Shown here piece by piece: positions 23,646 to 25,689 of a stretch of DNA of 25,689 nt; position 1 is the first letter of the stretch; each line of letters starts with the position of its first letter. The position numbers and the translations under genes were made by a program. The notes under the pieces are model-generated. The model was not told the DNA's origin and did not search any database. It saw only the letters and a list, made by a program, of their open reading frames with translations. This DNA is from a virus (taxonomy: Duplodnaviria; Caudoviricetes): IMG/VR virus record IMGVR_UViG_3300027787_000007, positions 1 to 25,689 of that record; one strand, 5' to 3'.

Positions 23646-23831
23646 TCACACTGCTGATTGGATGTACACCCGGATTTCCCCGCGGTCGTAGTCGTGATAT
23701 ACGTCGTCGACTACGAAGATTGTGGCCTTGATTCGCACCTTGGTGCCCACCTCGGGGATGATGAGCTGACCTTCTCGAGTTCGATGGACCGGATTTCCAG
23801 CGACACCCTTCCCCATGAAGAAAGCGTTCAC
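23646..23831 (-). CDS. Hypothetical protein (small beta-rich)
   Basis: 61 aa; start overlaps the upstream stop; IPEVGTKVRI...FVVDDVYHDY. Confidence 0.6.
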   Translation of the reverse strand: MNAFFMGKGVAGNPVHRTREGQLIIPEVGTKVRIKATIFVVDDVYHDYDRGEIRVYIQSAV

Positions 23832-24094
23832 TTGGTGCCTTTGCTGGTTTCGATCAGCGCCTGGACCTGGGACACCTTTCCGATCATGGTCTGGTGGTAG
23901 TCCTGCGACAGCGCCTCGATCGCTACCAGGACGTTCTGAATCCCCTCCAGATCACCCAGCGCCGCGACCATCTTGACGTTCTCCCGAGCCCGGTTGACGA
24001 TGTCGCCAACGAGATGGGTCTTCTCCTTGGCCTCGTTCAGGATCGACTGAGCCTGGCTGAGCATGAGCCGGGCGGTTTCGAGGTTGATGGCCAT
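23828..24094 (-). CDS. Hypothetical helical-hairpin protein
   Basis: TAAGGAG before the ATG at 24094; 88 aa of amphipathic helices. Confidence 0.65.
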   Translation of the reverse strand: MAINLETARLMLSQAQSILNEAKEKTHLVGDIVNRARENVKMVAALGDLEGIQNVLVAIEALSQDYHQTMIGKVSQVQALIETSKGTK

Positions 24095-24141
24095 TCTTTT
24101 GCTCCTTAATATTAGGGCCAGAGACTGATCGCCTCCAGGAA

Positions 24142-24170
24142 GCAGACGAGGCGTTCGAGACCCCATCTGC
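24142..24170 (-). terminator. Intergenic hairpin, possible terminator
   Basis: Minus strand GCAGAUGGGGU-CUCGAAC-GCCUCGUCUGC forms an 11-bp stem; only a weak U tract follows. Confidence 0.4.
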
Positions 24171-24182
24171 AACCTGCAAGAA

Positions 24183-24476
24183 TCAGGAACTGACGAGTTC
24201 CTCGAAGCTCTTGCGGAACGCCTGTCCGGTGTACACCTTGAACTGGTTGCCGGACTTCGTCACCACGTCACCAACGAACGCCTTGGTCTGACGCTCGTTG
24301 ACGTACTTGAGGATCGGCACCTTGACGTAGGGCTGCGCTTCCAGCCCTTCCTCAGGCTTGGGCTTGGTCTGCTGAACCGAGCCCCCGCACCACTCCGCGA
24401 CCTCTTCGAGGTTCTCCGTCGTCACTTCGACCCCGTCGACGAAGAACACCTTCCGCGCGTACTTCTGAACCTTCAT
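24183..24476 (-). CDS. Hypothetical phage protein
   Basis: Likely ATG at 24476 after AGGGG; KYARK.F.VDGVEVT.EN...WCGG...AFVGD...F..SFE. Confidence 0.65.
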   Translation of the reverse strand: MKVQKYARKVFFVDGVEVTTENLEEVAEWCGGSVQQTKPKPEEGLEAQPYVKVPILKYVNERQTKAFVGDVVTKSGNQFKVYTGQAFRKSFEELVSS

Positions 24477-24516
24477 CGAGTCCCCTACTTGTTTGTTGTG
24501 ATACCTGTTGAGAAGG

Positions 24517-24867
24517 TCAGCTGCGTTCACGGAACAGAATTCCCTGATTCTGCATCTCGTTGATGGCGTGTGCGATCTGTTGCGGCGTCAGCCCGATCTT
24601 GGCCAGCGCGTTGTAGACCTTGTCCATGGTGCCTTCGTTGTGGAACTCATCCCCATCCGACACCATCGCCACGCCGTCGTCGTTCAGCATGACAGAAGAC
24701 ACCGCGACGAGCTCGTGATACGGCCCCCATTCCGTGGCCATTCGAGACATCAGGTTGTGGACGTGTGACCACTCTTCCACATCACCGGTCTCCACCATCA
24801 AGCTCAGTCGATGGGTTGTCTTGCGGTGGTCTGGAGGATCGACGTAGACCGGCGTGATCTCATTCAT
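24517..24867 (-). CDS. Hypothetical protein
   Basis: Likely ATG at 24867 overlapping the SSB-like stop; C-terminal AINEMQNQGILFRER. Confidence 0.65.
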   Translation of the reverse strand: MNEITPVYVDPPDHRKTTHRLSLMVETGDVEEWSHVHNLMSRMATEWGPYHELVAVSSVMLNDDGVAMVSDGDEFHNEGTMDKVYNALAKIGLTPQQIAHAINEMQNQGILFRERS

Positions 24868-25366
24868 CGACTTTCCCTGCCCTTGGCGGTAGATCCTCCA
24901 GGTCCGCGTATTTCTCGTCGAGGGGATCGGTGACGATGGTGACGTACATGGTCTGCACGTATGCCTTCCGTCCACCACGTCCAGCCACCGACCAGTCGTA
25001 GGGACGGATGACCAGGTCTACGTTCTCGATGTCGACCCAGTCCAGGACCTCGATCTCGTCCTCGCCCAAGGGCGTGCGACGCGGCTGACCCTTGATGTGC
25101 GTGATCATGTAGATGCGCGGCGGACGGATCTTGTACCCCACCGAGACGGGGATCCACGGCGTCCCGAGCTCCTCGTCCAGCTCGTCACGAGGCTTCAGGA
25201 CCTTGACGTTCCAGCCGTCCCTAGACATCTGCTCCGCGATTTCCGGCGGGAGAATCAGTCCGAAGTTCCGATCCCCCTCCGCGTTGTACTGCCCTTCCTT
25301 GCCGGCGAAGTTCCGGAAGATGATTCGGGCGTTCTCGATCGTGAGAGTTCCGTCCTGCGGGCTCAT
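24860..25366 (-). CDS. Single-stranded DNA-binding protein (phage OB-fold type)
   Basis: LTIENARIIFRNFAGKEGQYN..GDRNF...VDLVIRPYDW...KAYVQTMYV, with an acidic C-terminal tail. Confidence 0.6.
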   Translation of the reverse strand: MSPQDGTLTIENARIIFRNFAGKEGQYNAEGDRNFGLILPPEIAEQMSRDGWNVKVLKPRDELDEELGTPWIPVSVGYKIRPPRIYMITHIKGQPRRTPLGEDEIEVLDWVDIENVDLVIRPYDWSVAGRGGRKAYVQTMYVTIVTDPLDEKYADLEDLPPRAGKVDE

Positions 25367-25656
25367 AGCTTCTCCTGCAGGGATGCCTTGGTGATACTCA
25401 TCGAGTCCACACGGCGAAACTGGGCCACGTTGAACTCCTGGAGGATGCCGTCGTACGTCACCTTGAAAACTGTGTCCCCGACGAAGGAGCAGATGACTTC
25501 GGCGGTCCAGTTGCTCATTGTCATTCCGAACGCCACGACCTTGAAGTCATTCGGTTCGAAGTCTCGGGCCGGATCCAAGCCTTCCCGCGCATTCAGCCAA
25601 GTCGCTACGAGGCTGATAGCCTCGACCTGGTCTTCGAGAAATTCCATTTCGGGCAC
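25363..25656 (-). CDS. Hypothetical phage protein (DUF6275-like)
   Basis: VVAF..TMSNW.A.V.....FKVTYDG...E..V..F pattern; stop overlaps the SSB-like start. Confidence 0.5.
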   Translation of the reverse strand: MPEMEFLEDQVEAISLVATWLNAREGLDPARDFEPNDFKVVAFGMTMSNWTAEVICSFVGDTVFKVTYDGILQEFNVAQFRRVDSMSITKASLQEKL

Positions 25657-25689
25657 GCTTCAGTCTCCGTCTCGATCGAGATTGTCTTT

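Overview
The window is a ~25.7 kb slice of a GC-rich siphovirus-type phage genome, probably infecting an actinobacterium (inferred from GC content and AGGAGG ribosome-binding sites). Every credible gene is on the minus strand. Read in transcription order (right to left), it starts with small early/middle genes, an SSB-like gene and a Cys-rich secreted protein. Next come a structured-RNA island containing an atypical tRNA, an SF2 helicase, an AT-rich repeat tract (origin candidate), and NUMOD4-HNH, VRR-Nuc and Cas4/RecB-like nucleases. An 872-aa protein follows, then a non-coding G/C-run palindromic tract (likely genome end/cos). The packaging, lysis, head and tail module comes last: small terminase candidate, HNH, endolysin, adaptor, fibres, TerL, portal, fused protease-capsid, two major tail paralogues and the start of the tape measure gene. 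The standout is the 872-aa protein. It carries, in order, the motif set of single-chain two-barrel polymerases of the QDE-1/eukaryotic RdRP and YonO type (DG, QVR..KG, RHP, SGADFDGD, GIVSN, HS..IDAEK), flanked by HTH domains. It also begins with an LAH[FY]G..WG leader shared with a small gene in the head module, which suggests a phage-encoded and possibly virion-packaged RNA polymerase system. All assignments come from motif recognition by eye; no database searches were run.
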